Counted from the first letter of the stretch, positions 1 through 8,940 are shown. The stretch is 64,000 nucleotides of DNA from Thermoplasmatota archaeon (GCA_035540375.1 DATLGO010000049.1:1618-65617); one strand, 5' to 3'. Made by a program: numbers and translations. The notes: a model not told the origin generated them from the letters alone.

Positions 1-421
1 TGACCTCGACGCCTTCGCGGAAGCCCTTCTTCACGTACACGTTCTTGATGTCGTAGACCGCGCCTCGCTCGAGGCCGAGGTCCTTCCACGCCGTGTAGGG
101 GACCTTCGACGTCTCGTCCGCGAGGAAGCCGTAGAAGATGGTCTTCGCCTCGCCCTTCACGGTGATCTCCTTCGGGTTCACCGTGAGGACCTTCGCGAGG
201 AGGTCGACGCCGCGGTCGCCCTCCGCGAGGTCCGCGAGGCGCTTCGCCCCGGCCTTGAGCGTGCCGCCGTGGTTGCGCACGATGTCGCGCTTGGCCTGCG
301 CGAGGGGCACGCCGTATTCGAGATAACGCCGGAGTTCGTCCTCGACTTCGGCGCTCTCCACGCGGTTGTCGAGCGCCCGGGTGATTTCCTGGACATGGGG
401 CGCGAGGTCCGTCTGCTGCAT
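1..421 (-). CDS. Replication factor A / RPA-like ssDNA-binding protein, N-terminal part (gene continues beyond window start)
   Basis: Hand translation of the minus strand from ATG 421..419: MQQTDLAPHVQEITRALDNRVESAEVEDELRRYLEYGVPLAQAKRDIVRNHGG...RLADLAEGDRGVDLLAKVLTVNPKEITVKGEAKTIFYGFLADETSKVPYTAWKD. A helical N-domain is followed by an OB-fold-like pattern typical of euryarchaeal RPA. Absent from the ORF track because it is open at the window edge. Confidence 0.5.
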   Translation of the reverse strand, partial: MQQTDLAPHVQEITRALDNRVESAEVEDELRRYLEYGVPLAQAKRDIVRNHGGTLKAGAKRLADLAEGDRGVDLLAKVLTVNPKEITVKGEAKTIFYGFLADETSKVPYTAWKDLGLERGAVYDIKNVYVKKGFREGVEV

Positions 422-596
422 GGATGCGGTCTCCTTCGGACCGCCGCGGTGGACGGGCTCGCCCGGCAATGCCTGTCAGGGAGCCCGGGTTCCAGCGTGG
501 GCTCGGTCCGGAACCCATGAACGCGCGCCTCGCCCATAAGCGCGCTCCAGGGTTCACCGAAAATGCGTCTGCGACCCCTGGGACCGGTGGATCCGG

Positions 597-1817
597 TCAA
601 TCCTCGTCGTCGTCCTTCCTCGCCTTGCGCGCGGCCCGGCGCCGGAGCGTGGGCCGGACCGAGAACCACGCCGCGCCGGCGACGACGGCCCCGAGGAGCG
701 CGATGACCCACCAGAGGAGCCCGCCCCCGCCGGCGTCGACGGCGGCGAGCGCGCCGTAGCCGTGCACGAGGCCGGCGCCGGCCCGGCCCCCCTCCGTGTT
801 CTCGACGTTCGGGACCTTGGTCGCGGTCGCCTTCAGGACCTCGGTGAGGCGCGTCGATTTCCAGCCGCGGTCCGGCTGCGCGCTCATCTCGGCGAGCTTC
901 GGGTTCGCCTCCACCATGAGGGCGACGAGGCCGCCCACGACGGCCGCGGCGACGGAGGTGCCCGCGAGCGACTGGTAGCCGCCTCCGAGGGCCTCGGGCC
1001 ACGCGGAGACGACGACGCTCGGAGCCACGACGTCGACGCTGCGCCCGTAGCTCGAGTAGTGCGCCATGTAGCCTTCGCGGTCCGTCGCGCCGACGCAGAC
1101 CACGACGTCCAGGTGGCAGGGCGCCTGCACGAGGCCGCGCGCGCCGTTGCCGGAGGGGGCGACCACGATCGCGCCGCGCTTCGTGATCTCGTGGATGGTC
1201 GCCTCGGTCGCGGCCCCGACGACGCGCGACGGCAGCTCCGCGGGATCGCCGGGGACCTCGCGGCCGAGCGAGAACACGACGACGTGCGCCCCGTCGCGGG
1301 GATCCCCGTCGCCGTCCGGGTCCGCGGCCCATCGGAACGCGTCCGCGAGCGTCGCGTCGTCCGGAAGGAGATGCTGGCTCGCGACGCGCGCCACGATGAG
1401 CTTGGCCGCGGGCGCGAGCCCCACCTCGCCCGTGATCCAGTACTGCTTCAGCGGATTCCCCTGGAAGTGGCCGCGGCCCGCGATGATGCCCGCGATGTGC
1501 GTGCCGTGACCCACGTCGTCGTAGGGGTCCGTGTGGAAGCGTCCCTGGCGGTCGCCCGCGAAGTCCCGGAAGGCCGCGACCGTCCCCTGGAGGTCCGGAT
1601 GCGTCGCGTCGATGCCCGTGTCGAGGATGGCGACGCGCACGTCGCGGCCCTCGACTTTCTCGTTCCAGAGGGGACGGCCGAAAAGCCAGGCCTTGTCGAG
1701 CGCGACGAGGCCCTTCACGCCCCAGGTCGTCTGCGCGACGTAGCCCGCCGCCCCCGCCTGGGCGAGGGGCGCCGTCGCAATGAGGAGGGCGACGGCTATC
1801 GCAGGCAGCGGGCGCAT
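597..1817 (-). CDS. Secreted, C-terminally membrane-anchored subtilisin-like serine protease (peptidase S8)
   Basis: ORF 597..1838. Catalytic triad motifs ILDTGID (Asp), HGTHIAGIIAG (His), GTSVAAAVVGG (Ser). Signal peptide MRPLPAIAVALLIATAPLAQA starts at ATG 1817, preferred over TTG 1838. C-terminal TM helix LLWWVIALLGAVVAGAAWF followed by a basic tail. Confidence 0.85.
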   Translation of the reverse strand: MRPLPAIAVALLIATAPLAQAGAAGYVAQTTWGVKGLVALDKAWLFGRPLWNEKVEGRDVRVAILDTGIDATHPDLQGTVAAFRDFAGDRQGRFHTDPYDDVGHGTHIAGIIAGRGHFQGNPLKQYWITGEVGLAPAAKLIVARVASQHLLPDDATLADAFRWAADPDGDGDPRDGAHVVVFSLGREVPGDPAELPSRVVGAATEATIHEITKRGAIVVAPSGNGARGLVQAPCHLDVVVCVGATDREGYMAHYSSYGRSVDVVAPSVVVSAWPEALGGGYQSLAGTSVAAAVVGGLVALMVEANPKLAEMSAQPDRGWKSTRLTEVLKATATKVPNVENTEGGRAGAGLVHGYGALAAVDAGGGGLLWWVIALLGAVVAGAAWFSVRPTLRRRAARKARKDDDED

Positions 1818-1840
1818 CAAGGGAGGTCGCACGGCCAAGC

Positions 1841-1848
1841 TATAAGGG
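1841..1848. promoter_or_regulatory. TATA-box-like AT island (CTATAAGG / CCTTATAG) in the divergent S8-protease / arfC intergenic region
   Basis: The only AT-rich element in a GC-rich spacer. About 27 nt upstream of ATG 1817 on the minus strand, which implies a leaderless or near-leaderless mRNA. Confidence 0.35.
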
Positions 1849-1915
1849 GCTTTCGACCGGGCCCGGGGTCCTCGGTCCCGAGGGGTTCAAGCCCCGCGGC
1901 CCCGTCACCCCGGCC

Positions 1916-2557
1916 GTGGAGGTCCACCTCAACGCGGCCGTGAGCCTCGACGGGAAGCTCGCCCTCGCGGGGGGCCGCCCGCACCGCTTCTCGGGACCCG
2001 AGGACCTCGCGCGCGTTCACCGGCTGCGCGCCGACGCGGACGCCGTGCTCGTCGGCGTCGGCACCGTCGTCGCGGACGATCCGTCGCTCCTCGCGAAGGC
2101 CGAGCACCTCGGATCCGTTCCGGAGCGCCAGCCCGCGCGGGTGGTCCTCGACCCGCGCCTCCGGACGCCGCCCGCGGCGCGCGTGCTCGACGGGCGGACG
2201 AAGACCTATCTGTACGCCACGCGCGCAGGCGACGCTCCGAAGGGCGCCGAGATCGTCGCGGTGCCGGCCGGCCCGGGCGGGGTCGCGCTCGACGCCGTCG
2301 TCGCGGACCTCGCGAAGCGCGGGGTCCGGCGCCTCATGGTCGAGGGCGGCGGGCGGGTCCTGCGCGCCTTCCTCGACGCGGGCCTCGCGGACCGCTTCAC
2401 GCTCTACGTCGCCCCCGTCGTGGTCGGCGAGGCGGGCGCCCCGGGGCTCGCCGCGGGCGCGGCCGCGGCGGACGCCTCCGGCGTCCTCGGGCTGCGCCTC
2501 GTCGCGGCCGAGCGGCTCGGGGCCGGCGTGCTCCTCGACCTCGCCCCGCGGCGGTGA
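1916..2557 (+). CDS. arfC: 2,5-diamino-6-ribosylamino-4(3H)-pyrimidinone 5'-phosphate reductase (RibD C-terminal-domain family, archaeal riboflavin pathway)
   Basis: ORF 1916..2557 (GTG start). MEVHLNAAVSLDGKLALAGG...DAVLVGVGTVVADDPSLL...RRLMVEGGGRVLRAFLDAGLADRFTLYVAPVVVG is a DHFR-like reductase fold signature. Confidence 0.75.
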   Translation: MEVHLNAAVSLDGKLALAGGRPHRFSGPEDLARVHRLRADADAVLVGVGTVVADDPSLLAKAEHLGSVPERQPARVVLDPRLRTPPAARVLDGRTKTYLYATRAGDAPKGAEIVAVPAGPGGVALDAVVADLAKRGVRRLMVEGGGRVLRAFLDAGLADRFTLYVAPVVVGEAGAPGLAAGAAAADASGVLGLRLVAAERLGAGVLLDLAPRR

Positions 2558-2561
2558 GCCC

Positions 2562-3017
2562 CTGCGCTTCCTCGCGGACGAGATGCTCGGCACGCTCGCG
2601 CGGCGTCTGCGCCTCCTCGGCTACGACACCGCCTATGCCCGCGACGTCGAGGACCATTCGCTCCTCGTCCGCGCCCGCGCCGAGGGGCGCCGCCTCCTCA
2701 CGCGCGACCGCGCCCTCGCCGCCCGCGCGGGCCCCGCGGCGACGCTCGTCGTCGCGACGGACCTCGACCGGCAGGTCGACGACCTCGTCCGGGCGCTCGG
2801 CCTCGCGCCCGATCCCGCGCGGTTCCTCTCGCGCTGCGCCGCGTGCAACGCGCCCGTGCGGCCCGCCCCCCGCGAGGAGGCCGCCGGCCGCGTCCCGCCC
2901 GCCGTTCTCGCCCGCCACGACGCGTTCTGGGCCTGCGACGCCTGCGGACGCCTGTATTGGCGAGGCACGCACGTCGAGCGGCTCGAGGCCTGGGCCCGCC
3001 GCGTCCTCGGCGCGTGA
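2562..3017 (+). CDS. Mut7-C (DUF82) PIN-like RNase domain protein with C-terminal zinc ribbon
   Basis: ORF 2583..3017. MLGTLARRLRLLGYDT...CAACNAP...FWACDACGRLYWRGTH. In-frame sequence just upstream encodes LRFLADE, matching the usual family N-terminus (M-[KR]-F-[LI]-x-D-x-MLG). No ATG/GTG/TTG is available there, so a CTG start at 2562 is proposed. The conservative start is ATG 2583. Confidence 0.7.
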   Translation: MRFLADEMLGTLARRLRLLGYDTAYARDVEDHSLLVRARAEGRRLLTRDRALAARAGPAATLVVATDLDRQVDDLVRALGLAPDPARFLSRCAACNAPVRPAPREEAAGRVPPAVLARHDAFWACDACGRLYWRGTHVERLEAWARRVLGA

Positions 3018-3061
3018 TCCCGTCTGGTTTATCAAGGACGGCCACTTTCCCGGGCCTGATC

Positions 3062-4423
3062 ATGGTTGATGTAGAGATCATCCCCGTCGGGGGATACAGC
3101 GACTTCGGTCGCAACATGACGGCCGTCCGCGTCGGTCGCGAAGCCGTCATCTTCGACATGGGCATCAAGCTCGACCGCGTGATGCTCGACGAGGACGCGG
3201 TCTTCGACGAGATGCAGCCCGCCGACCTGCAGAAGCTCGGCGCCATCCCGGACGACACCGTCCTCAAGAACCTGAACGCGAAGGTCGTCGCGATCGTCAT
3301 CGGGCACGGCCACCTCGACCACGTCGGGGCGGTCGCGAAGCTCGCGCCGAAGTACCGCGACGCCCCCATCTACGCGGCGCCGTACACGATGCGGCTCATC
3401 GAGGACATGAGCCGCGGCTTCCGCGGCAAGGAGCGCCTCATCCCGAACAAGCTCGTCACGATCCGCGCGGGCGAGAAGCGCGACATCACGCAGCACCTCG
3501 GCCTCGAGTTCGTCCACATGACGCACTCGATCCCGCACACGGCCTTCCCGGTCCTCCACACGAACCGCGGCGCGATCGTCTACGGTCTCGACTTCAAGTT
3601 CGACAACATGCCCGTGATCGGGCCGAAGCCGGACTACAACCGGCTGAAGGAGCTCGCGATGGAGGGCGTCCTCGCCCTCGTCACGGAGTCGACGAACGCG
3701 GGCGACGAGACGAAGACGCCGAGCGAGACCATCGCGCGCGACATGCTGCGCGACTTCCTCTTCGGCATCGAGAACGAGCGCGACGGGCTCGTCGTCTCCA
3801 CGTTCTCGTCCCACATCGCGCGCATCAAGTCCATCGCCGAGTTCGGCCACGAGCTGGGCCGCGAGGTCCTCCTCCTCGGCCGCAGCATGGAGAAGTATTC
3901 CTCCCACGCCGCGGAGCTCGACCTCGTCGACCTGCCCGCGACGACGCGCATGCACGGCTACGGCAAGAGCGTGCAGCAGGCGCTCAAGAAGGTGATGAAG
4001 AACAAGAGCAAGTACCTCGTCGTCGCGACCGGCCACCAGGGCGAGCCCGGCTCGCTCCTCGTGCGCATCGCGAACAAGGAGCTGCCGTACCGCGTCGAGA
4101 AGAACGACCAGGTGATCTTCAGCGCGAACGTCATCCCGACGCCGACGAACCGCGCCAACCGGCACCTCCTCGAGACGAAGCTCAACATGCAGGGCGCCCG
4201 CATCATCAAGGGCGCGCACGTGTCGGGCCACGGATCGCGCGAGGACCACCGCGAGCTCCTCACGATGCTCGAGCCGCGCCACATCTTCCCCGCGCACGGC
4301 GGAATCGACCTCCAGAGCCAGTACGTCGAGCTCGCCGAGCGCCTCGGCTACCGGATGAACGAGACGGTCCACGTGATGCGCAACGGCCAGCGCTACACGA
4401 TCCCGCGGGAGCGAGGTCATTGA
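3062..4423 (+). CDS. rnj: Archaeal RNase J-like beta-CASP metallo-beta-lactamase ribonuclease
   Basis: Tail of ORF 2843..4423; real start at ATG 3062 (MVDVEIIPVGGYSDFGRNMTAV). HxHxDH motif IGHGHLDHVGA. About 453 aa, as in archaeal RNase J. The upstream 73 codons are Arg/Pro-rich junk. Confidence 0.8.
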   Translation: MVDVEIIPVGGYSDFGRNMTAVRVGREAVIFDMGIKLDRVMLDEDAVFDEMQPADLQKLGAIPDDTVLKNLNAKVVAIVIGHGHLDHVGAVAKLAPKYRDAPIYAAPYTMRLIEDMSRGFRGKERLIPNKLVTIRAGEKRDITQHLGLEFVHMTHSIPHTAFPVLHTNRGAIVYGLDFKFDNMPVIGPKPDYNRLKELAMEGVLALVTESTNAGDETKTPSETIARDMLRDFLFGIENERDGLVVSTFSSHIARIKSIAEFGHELGREVLLLGRSMEKYSSHAAELDLVDLPATTRMHGYGKSVQQALKKVMKNKSKYLVVATGHQGEPGSLLVRIANKELPYRVEKNDQVIFSANVIPTPTNRANRHLLETKLNMQGARIIKGAHVSGHGSREDHRELLTMLEPRHIFPAHGGIDLQSQYVELAERLGYRMNETVHVMRNGQRYTIPRERGH

Positions 4424-5400
4424 GCGTCCTCAAGGCGATCAAGGTCTACGCCGAGCACACGGACCGCGCGCTCCTCACCTGCCTCGACGACGTCACGCCC
4501 GAAACGCTCCGCGCCGCGTGTCTCCACTACCCGGCCGCGGGGGGCAAGCGCCTGCGCCCCGTCATGGCGCTTCTCGCCTGCGAGGCCGCGGGCGGCGAGC
4601 GCGCCCGGGCGACGCCGCTTGCCGTGGCGCTCGAGCTCATCCACAACTTCAGCCTCATCCACGACGACATCATGGACCGCGACGACCTGCGTCGCGGGAT
4701 CCCCACGGTCCACAGGAAGTGGGACGAGGCGACCGCGATCCTCGCGGGCGACACCCTCTTCGCGAAGGCCTTCGAGCTCCTCGCCGCGGGCGGCGCGGAC
4801 CCCGAGGTCACGCGGCGCGTCGTCCTCGACGTCGCCGTCATGGGCCGCGTCCTCTGCGAGGGCCAGGTCCTCGACATGGCCGGCGAGCGCGAGGACGTGA
4901 CGAAGGACCGCTACCTCGACATGATCGACCGCAAGACCGCGCGCATCTTCGAGGTCGCGGCCCGTTCAGGCGGCCTTCTCGGCGGCGCGACGGCGTCGCA
5001 GGCCGACGCCCTCGGAACCTACGGGCGCGACTTCGGCCTCGCTTTCCAGATCCACGACGACGTGCTCGACCTCGTTTCGACCACGGAGGTCCTCGGCAAG
5101 CCCGCGGGTTCCGACATCCGCGCGGGCAAGAAGACCCTCGTCGCCGTCCTCGCGCACGCGCGCGCGGACGCGAAGCAGCGCGCGACCCTCGCGCAGGGGT
5201 TCGGGAAGATCGACGCGACGGAGGCCGAGGTCGCGGCCGTCCTCGACGTCTTCCGCGCGACGCGCGCGCTTGCGGACGCCGAGGCGGAGGTCGCGCGCCA
5301 CACCGAGCGCGCGATCCGGGCGCTCGAGGCGCTGCCCCCGGGATCGAGCCGCGACCTGCTCGCGGACCTCGCCCGATGGGGCGCGACGCGCACGAGCTGA
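4420..5400 (+). CDS. idsA: Geranylgeranyl diphosphate synthase (trans-polyprenyl synthetase)
   Basis: ORF 4420..5400, with a TTG start overlapping the rnj stop. First and second Asp-rich motifs are LIHDDIMDRDDLRRG and FQIHDDVLD. Confidence 0.85.
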   Translation: MSVLKAIKVYAEHTDRALLTCLDDVTPETLRAACLHYPAAGGKRLRPVMALLACEAAGGERARATPLAVALELIHNFSLIHDDIMDRDDLRRGIPTVHRKWDEATAILAGDTLFAKAFELLAAGGADPEVTRRVVLDVAVMGRVLCEGQVLDMAGEREDVTKDRYLDMIDRKTARIFEVAARSGGLLGGATASQADALGTYGRDFGLAFQIHDDVLDLVSTTEVLGKPAGSDIRAGKKTLVAVLAHARADAKQRATLAQGFGKIDATEAEVAAVLDVFRATRALADAEAEVARHTERAIRALEALPPGSSRDLLADLARWGATRTS

Positions 5401-5598
5401 TCACGCGGGCCGGCGCGAGGCCGCGAGGATCATGAGTCCCGCGATCGACGCGAGCCCGAAGAGCGCGGCCGCGACGCGGTTCCCGGCGTTGTAGGCGGTC
5501 GCCGCGAAGAAGGCCTGCCACACGACGACGGCCGCGACGACGAGCGCGAAGACCAAGCGCGCGAAGGACACCCGCCCGGGAGCGCGTCCGCGCCGCAT
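5401..5598 (-). CDS. Small hypothetical membrane protein (two predicted TM helices, 65 aa)
   Basis: C-terminal part of ORF 5401..6024 from ATG 5598: MRRGRAPGRVSFARLVFALVVAAVVVWQAFFAATAYNAGNRVAAALFGLASIAGLMILAASRRPA. The composition is protein-like only in this part. Confidence 0.4.
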   Translation of the reverse strand: MRRGRAPGRVSFARLVFALVVAAVVVWQAFFAATAYNAGNRVAAALFGLASIAGLMILAASRRPA

Positions 5599-5650
5599 AA
5601 GGGCCGCGCCCGAGGCAAGGGTCAAGAACGGGAACCCCCGTTGACGCCGC

Positions 5651-7378
5651 GTGAGCGACTGGAAGCCCCGGGCCGAGGCCCTCGCGCGCAAATACGCCCT
5701 CGAGAACGCCGTGAAGCACGGCGGCAAGGCCACCCCCGGCGCGGTCATCGGTAAGGTCCTCGCCGAGGACCCGGCGCTCCGCGCCCATGCGAAGGAGGTC
5801 CCCGCCGTCGCGGCGGCCGTCGTCGCGGACGTGAACGCGATGGACGCCGCAGCGCAGAAGGCCGCCTTCGACGCGACCGCGCACGAACGCGTGGACCTCG
5901 CGCGCAAGAAGGAGGACACGGGCCCCCTCCCCGCGCTTCCCGACGCCGCGGCCGGGAAGGTCGTCCTGCGCTTCGCGCCCAACCCGAGCGGGCCGCTCAC
6001 GCTCGGCCACGCGCGCGGCGTCATCGTCTCCTTCGCCTACGGCGAGAAGTACGACGGCACGGTCATCCTGCGCTTCGACGACACGGACGCGACCGTGAAG
6101 CGTCCGATGCCGGAGGCGTACGCGTGGATCCCCGAGGACATCGCGTGGCTCGCGGGCCGCGCGGCCGACCGCACGTTCCGGGCCTCCGCGCGCATCCCCC
6201 TCTATTACGAATGGGCCGCCAAGCTCGTCGACGTCGGCGGCGCCTACGTGTGCGAATGCACGGGCGACGACTTCCGCGTTCTCAAGGAGCGCGGCGAGCC
6301 GTGCCCGCACCGCGGCCAGGACGTCGCGACGAACGCCGCGAAATGGAAGCGCATGACGGACGGCGGCTACAAGCCCGGCGAAGCCGTGCTCCGCGTGAAG
6401 ACCGACATCCGGCACCGCGACCCCGCGCTGCGCGACTGGGTCGCCTTCCGCCTCGCGCGCGACCCGCACCCGCTCGAGGGCGACACGTACCCGGTCTGGC
6501 CGCTCCTCGACTTCCAGAGCGCGATCGACGACCACGTCGAGGGCGTCACGCACATCATCCGCGGGAAGGACCTGCGCGACTCCACCGAGAAGCAGGCCTT
6601 CCTCTACCGCCACCTCGGCTGGACGTACCCGCACACGCTCTACTGGGGCCGCGCGAGCGTCCACGAGTTCGGCAAGTTCTCGAAGTCGATCCTGAGCGAA
6701 GGCATCAAGTCCGGCGAGTACTCCGGATGGGACGACCCCCGTCTCCCCACGCTTCGCGCGCTGCGCCGCCGCGGCTTCGCCGCCGAGGCGATCCGCGCGT
6801 TCTGGCTCGCGTTCGGCCTCAGCGAGAAGGACGTCGCCGCGAGCATGAAGACCCTCGAGAGCGAGAACCGCAAGGTCGTCGAGCCCACGGCGCACCGGTT
6901 CTTCTTTGTCGACGATCCGCGCGAGATCCGGGTCACGGGCGCGCCCGCGCTCGCGGGCGAGGCGCCCCGCCACCCGGACCGTCCGCAGGACGGCATGCGA
7001 CGCTTCTCGATCGCCGCGGCGCCGGACGGCGCGCGCGTGCTCCTCGCCGGGACCGATCACGACGAGGTCGCGAAGCCGGGCCGGAAGGTCCGCCTCAAGG
7101 ACCTCGCGAACCTGCGCTTCGTCGCCGACGGCGTCGCGGAGCACGCGGGGAACGACCTCGCGTTCCTCAAGGAGGCCGACCGCATCGTCCACTGGGCGCC
7201 CGTCGACGGCGTTCCCGTCGAGGTCCTCATGGACGACGGCTCGACGAAGCGCGGCCTCGCGGAGCGCGGCCTCGCCGACGAGAAGGCGGGCGCGATCGTC
7301 CAGTTCGAGCGCTTCGGGTTCGTGCGCCTCGAGGCCGTCTCGAGCGCGGGCGTGAAAGCGGTCTTCACCCACAAGTAG
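5651..7378 (+). CDS. gltX: Glutamyl-tRNA synthetase (archaeal/eukaryal type)
   Basis: ORF 5651..7378. HIGH-type motif PNPSGPLTLGHARG, KMSKS-type motif KFSKS, 575 aa. Confidence 0.9.
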   Translation: MSDWKPRAEALARKYALENAVKHGGKATPGAVIGKVLAEDPALRAHAKEVPAVAAAVVADVNAMDAAAQKAAFDATAHERVDLARKKEDTGPLPALPDAAAGKVVLRFAPNPSGPLTLGHARGVIVSFAYGEKYDGTVILRFDDTDATVKRPMPEAYAWIPEDIAWLAGRAADRTFRASARIPLYYEWAAKLVDVGGAYVCECTGDDFRVLKERGEPCPHRGQDVATNAAKWKRMTDGGYKPGEAVLRVKTDIRHRDPALRDWVAFRLARDPHPLEGDTYPVWPLLDFQSAIDDHVEGVTHIIRGKDLRDSTEKQAFLYRHLGWTYPHTLYWGRASVHEFGKFSKSILSEGIKSGEYSGWDDPRLPTLRALRRRGFAAEAIRAFWLAFGLSEKDVAASMKTLESENRKVVEPTAHRFFFVDDPREIRVTGAPALAGEAPRHPDRPQDGMRRFSIAAAPDGARVLLAGTDHDEVAKPGRKVRLKDLANLRFVADGVAEHAGNDLAFLKEADRIVHWAPVDGVPVEVLMDDGSTKRGLAERGLADEKAGAIVQFERFGFVRLEAVSSAGVKAVFTHK

Positions 7379-7416
7379 CCCACAACGTCTTTGAGGCGGG
7401 CGGGCGCTCGCGCCGC

Positions 7417-8181
7417 GTGCGCATCGTCTCCCTCGTGCCGAGCCTCACGGAGACCCTGTTCCACCTGGGCCTCGACCGGGAGGTCGTGGGCGTCACGAAT
7501 TTCTGCGTGCATCCCAAGGGCGCGGTCGCGCGCAAGCGGCGCGTGGGCGGCACGAAGAATCCGGACGTGAAGGCCATCCTCGCGCTCGAGCCGACGCTCG
7601 TCGTCGTGAACACGGAGGAGAACCGGCGCGAGGACGTCGACGCCATCGCGAAGGGCGGCGCGCCGGTGCACGTCACGGACATCCGCACCGTCGCGCGGGC
7701 GGTCGACGCCGTGCGCGGGCTCGGCGAGGCGACCGGCGCCATCGGCCCCGCGAAGGCGCTCGCGAAGCGGCTCGAGGAGGCGGCCCGCGAGGCCGCCGCG
7801 CGACGCGGGCCCCCGGTCAAGGTCTACTGCCCGATCTGGCGGGACCCCTGGATGACGATGAACGGCGACACGTACGCCCACGACGCGCTCGCGCACGCGG
7901 GCGCCGCGAACGTGTTCGCGGACGCCTCCGCGCGATGGTGCGACGGAACGCCCGCCGAGGCCCTCGCGCGCGGCGCCGAGGCCGCCCTCCTCCCGTCCGA
8001 GCCGTACCCCTTCTCCGGCAAGCACGTCGACGACCTCGTCGCGGCCGGGTTCCCGCGCGCCCGCGTGGGCCTCGTGGACGGCGAGGCGCTCACGTGGTAC
8101 GGGGTCCGGACCGCGCGGGGGCTCCACGCGCTCGTCGACGCCGTCGACCGCGTGCGCCTCCCCGGGCCCCGCGGCCTATAA
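7417..8181 (+). CDS. Periplasmic-binding-protein type 8 fold protein (BtuF/TroA-like 'helical backbone' cobalamin or metal receptor), no signal peptide
   Basis: In-frame tail of ORF 6124..8181 starting at GTG 7417: VRIVSLVPSLTETLFHLGLDREVVGVTNFCVHP...GGTKNPDVKAILALEPTLVVVN... Confidence 0.5.
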   Translation: MRIVSLVPSLTETLFHLGLDREVVGVTNFCVHPKGAVARKRRVGGTKNPDVKAILALEPTLVVVNTEENRREDVDAIAKGGAPVHVTDIRTVARAVDAVRGLGEATGAIGPAKALAKRLEEAAREAAARRGPPVKVYCPIWRDPWMTMNGDTYAHDALAHAGAANVFADASARWCDGTPAEALARGAEAALLPSEPYPFSGKHVDDLVAAGFPRARVGLVDGEALTWYGVRTARGLHALVDAVDRVRLPGPRGL

Positions 8182-8184
8182 ATA
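8177..8184 (+). promoter_or_regulatory. Strong TATA box (TATAAATA) for the L7Ae-S28e-L24e-ndk operon
   Basis: Consensus-like TATA overlapping the stop codon of the preceding gene. It lies 154 nt upstream of the rpl7ae ATG, which implies a long 5' leader. Confidence 0.45.
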
Positions 8185-8214
8185 CCCCCTCGACCTTGTC
8201 CGCCGTACCTCACA

Positions 8215-8241
8215 GCCCATGACGCCCTTTGCGGCGGAGGC
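8215..8241 (+). promoter_or_regulatory. Candidate kink-turn (K-turn) hairpin near the predicted 5' end of the rpl7ae leader
   Basis: GCC-CAU-GA-CGCC-[CUUUGC]-GGCG-GA-GGC. This gives a 3-bp C stem, a 3-nt bulge, 5'-GA on both strands positioned for tandem sheared G.A pairs, and a 4-bp NC stem closed by a 6-nt loop. Confidence 0.35.
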
Positions 8242-8337
8242 GCGGCGCGTGACGCTCCCGTGAGCGTCCGGCGAAGACGTCCCCGGACGTCGTCGCGTCT
8301 CCTTCTCTCGGCGTCCTCGGGCCCAGGAGGGTCCACC

Positions 8338-8703
8338 ATGGCGATGTACGTCCGTTTCGAAGTTCCCAAGGAGATCCAGGACAAGACCTACGAGGCCATC
8401 GAGGGCGCGCGCGACTCCGGCGCCGTCAAGAAGGGCACGAACGAGGTCACGAAGCTCATCGAGCGCGGCCAGGCCAAGCTCGTCGTCATGGCCGGCGACA
8501 TCACGCCCGAGGAGGTCCTCGCGCACATCCCGCTCCTCTGCGAGGAGAAGGGCGTCCCGTACACGTACGTCTCCTCGAAGCAGGAGCTCGGCACGTCGGC
8601 GGGCCTCGAGGTCGCGACCGCGAGCGTCGCGATCACGGACGCCGGCCGCGCGAAGCCCCTCGTCGACGAGATCGCCGCGCAGGTCGCCGCGCTCAAGCGC
8701 TGA
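8338..8703 (+). CDS. rpl7ae: Ribosomal protein L7Ae (K-turn binding protein)
   Basis: ATG 8338 preceded by [84 protein letters not shown]. Confidence 0.95.
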   Translation: MAMYVRFEVPKEIQDKTYEAIEGARDSGAVKKGTNEVTKLIERGQAKLVVMAGDITPEEVLAHIPLLCEEKGVPYTYVSSKQELGTSAGLEVATASVAITDAGRAKPLVDEIAAQVAALKR

Positions 8704-8717
8704 ACGAGGTGACGTGA

Positions 8718-8936
8718 ATGGCCGAAGAGGAAGACGTTGGTATCCCCGCCGAGGTCGTCGAGATCATCGGCCGGACCGGCATGACCGGCGAAGCGACGCA
8801 GGTCAAGGTCCGCGTCCTCGACGGACGCGACAAGGGCCGCATCATCACCCGCAACGCCTTCGGGCCCGTGCAGATGGGCGACATCCTGCTCCTGCGCGAG
8901 ACCGCCCGCGAGGCGAAGAAGCTCAACATGAGGTAA
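8718..8936 (+). CDS. rps28e: Ribosomal protein S28e
   Basis: ORF 8718..8936. [59 protein letters not shown]. Confidence 0.95.
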   Translation: MAEEEDVGIPAEVVEIIGRTGMTGEATQVKVRVLDGRDKGRIITRNAFGPVQMGDILLLRETAREAKKLNMR

Positions 8937-8940
8937 TGTC

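Noticed and set aside
178-1332. 384-aa minus-strand ORF ([19 protein letters not shown]...), plus 762..1943 on the plus strand
   Set aside because: Extreme Arg/Gly/Pro composition, overlapping the well-supported S8 protease and RPA-like genes in other frames.
5599-5650. tRNA-like or regulatory hairpin TCAA-GAA-CGGG-AACC-CCCG-TTGA between the small membrane-protein gene and gltX
   Set aside because: It is too short and lacks tRNA arms. It is probably just spacer structure in a 52-nt divergent promoter region.
4838-7372. 844-aa minus-strand ORF, plus 6124..7416 (the plus-strand off-frame part of ORF 6124..8181)
   Set aside because: Shadow frames over idsA and gltX. Only the last 254 codons of 6124..8181, from GTG 7417, are protein-like.
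8251-8268. K-turn in the first perfect hairpin of the rpl7ae leader (UGA-CGCUC...GAGCG-UC)
   Set aside because: The 3' strand lacks the required GA after the stem (it has UC), so no tandem G.A pairs can form. Only the 8215..8241 element fits the consensus.
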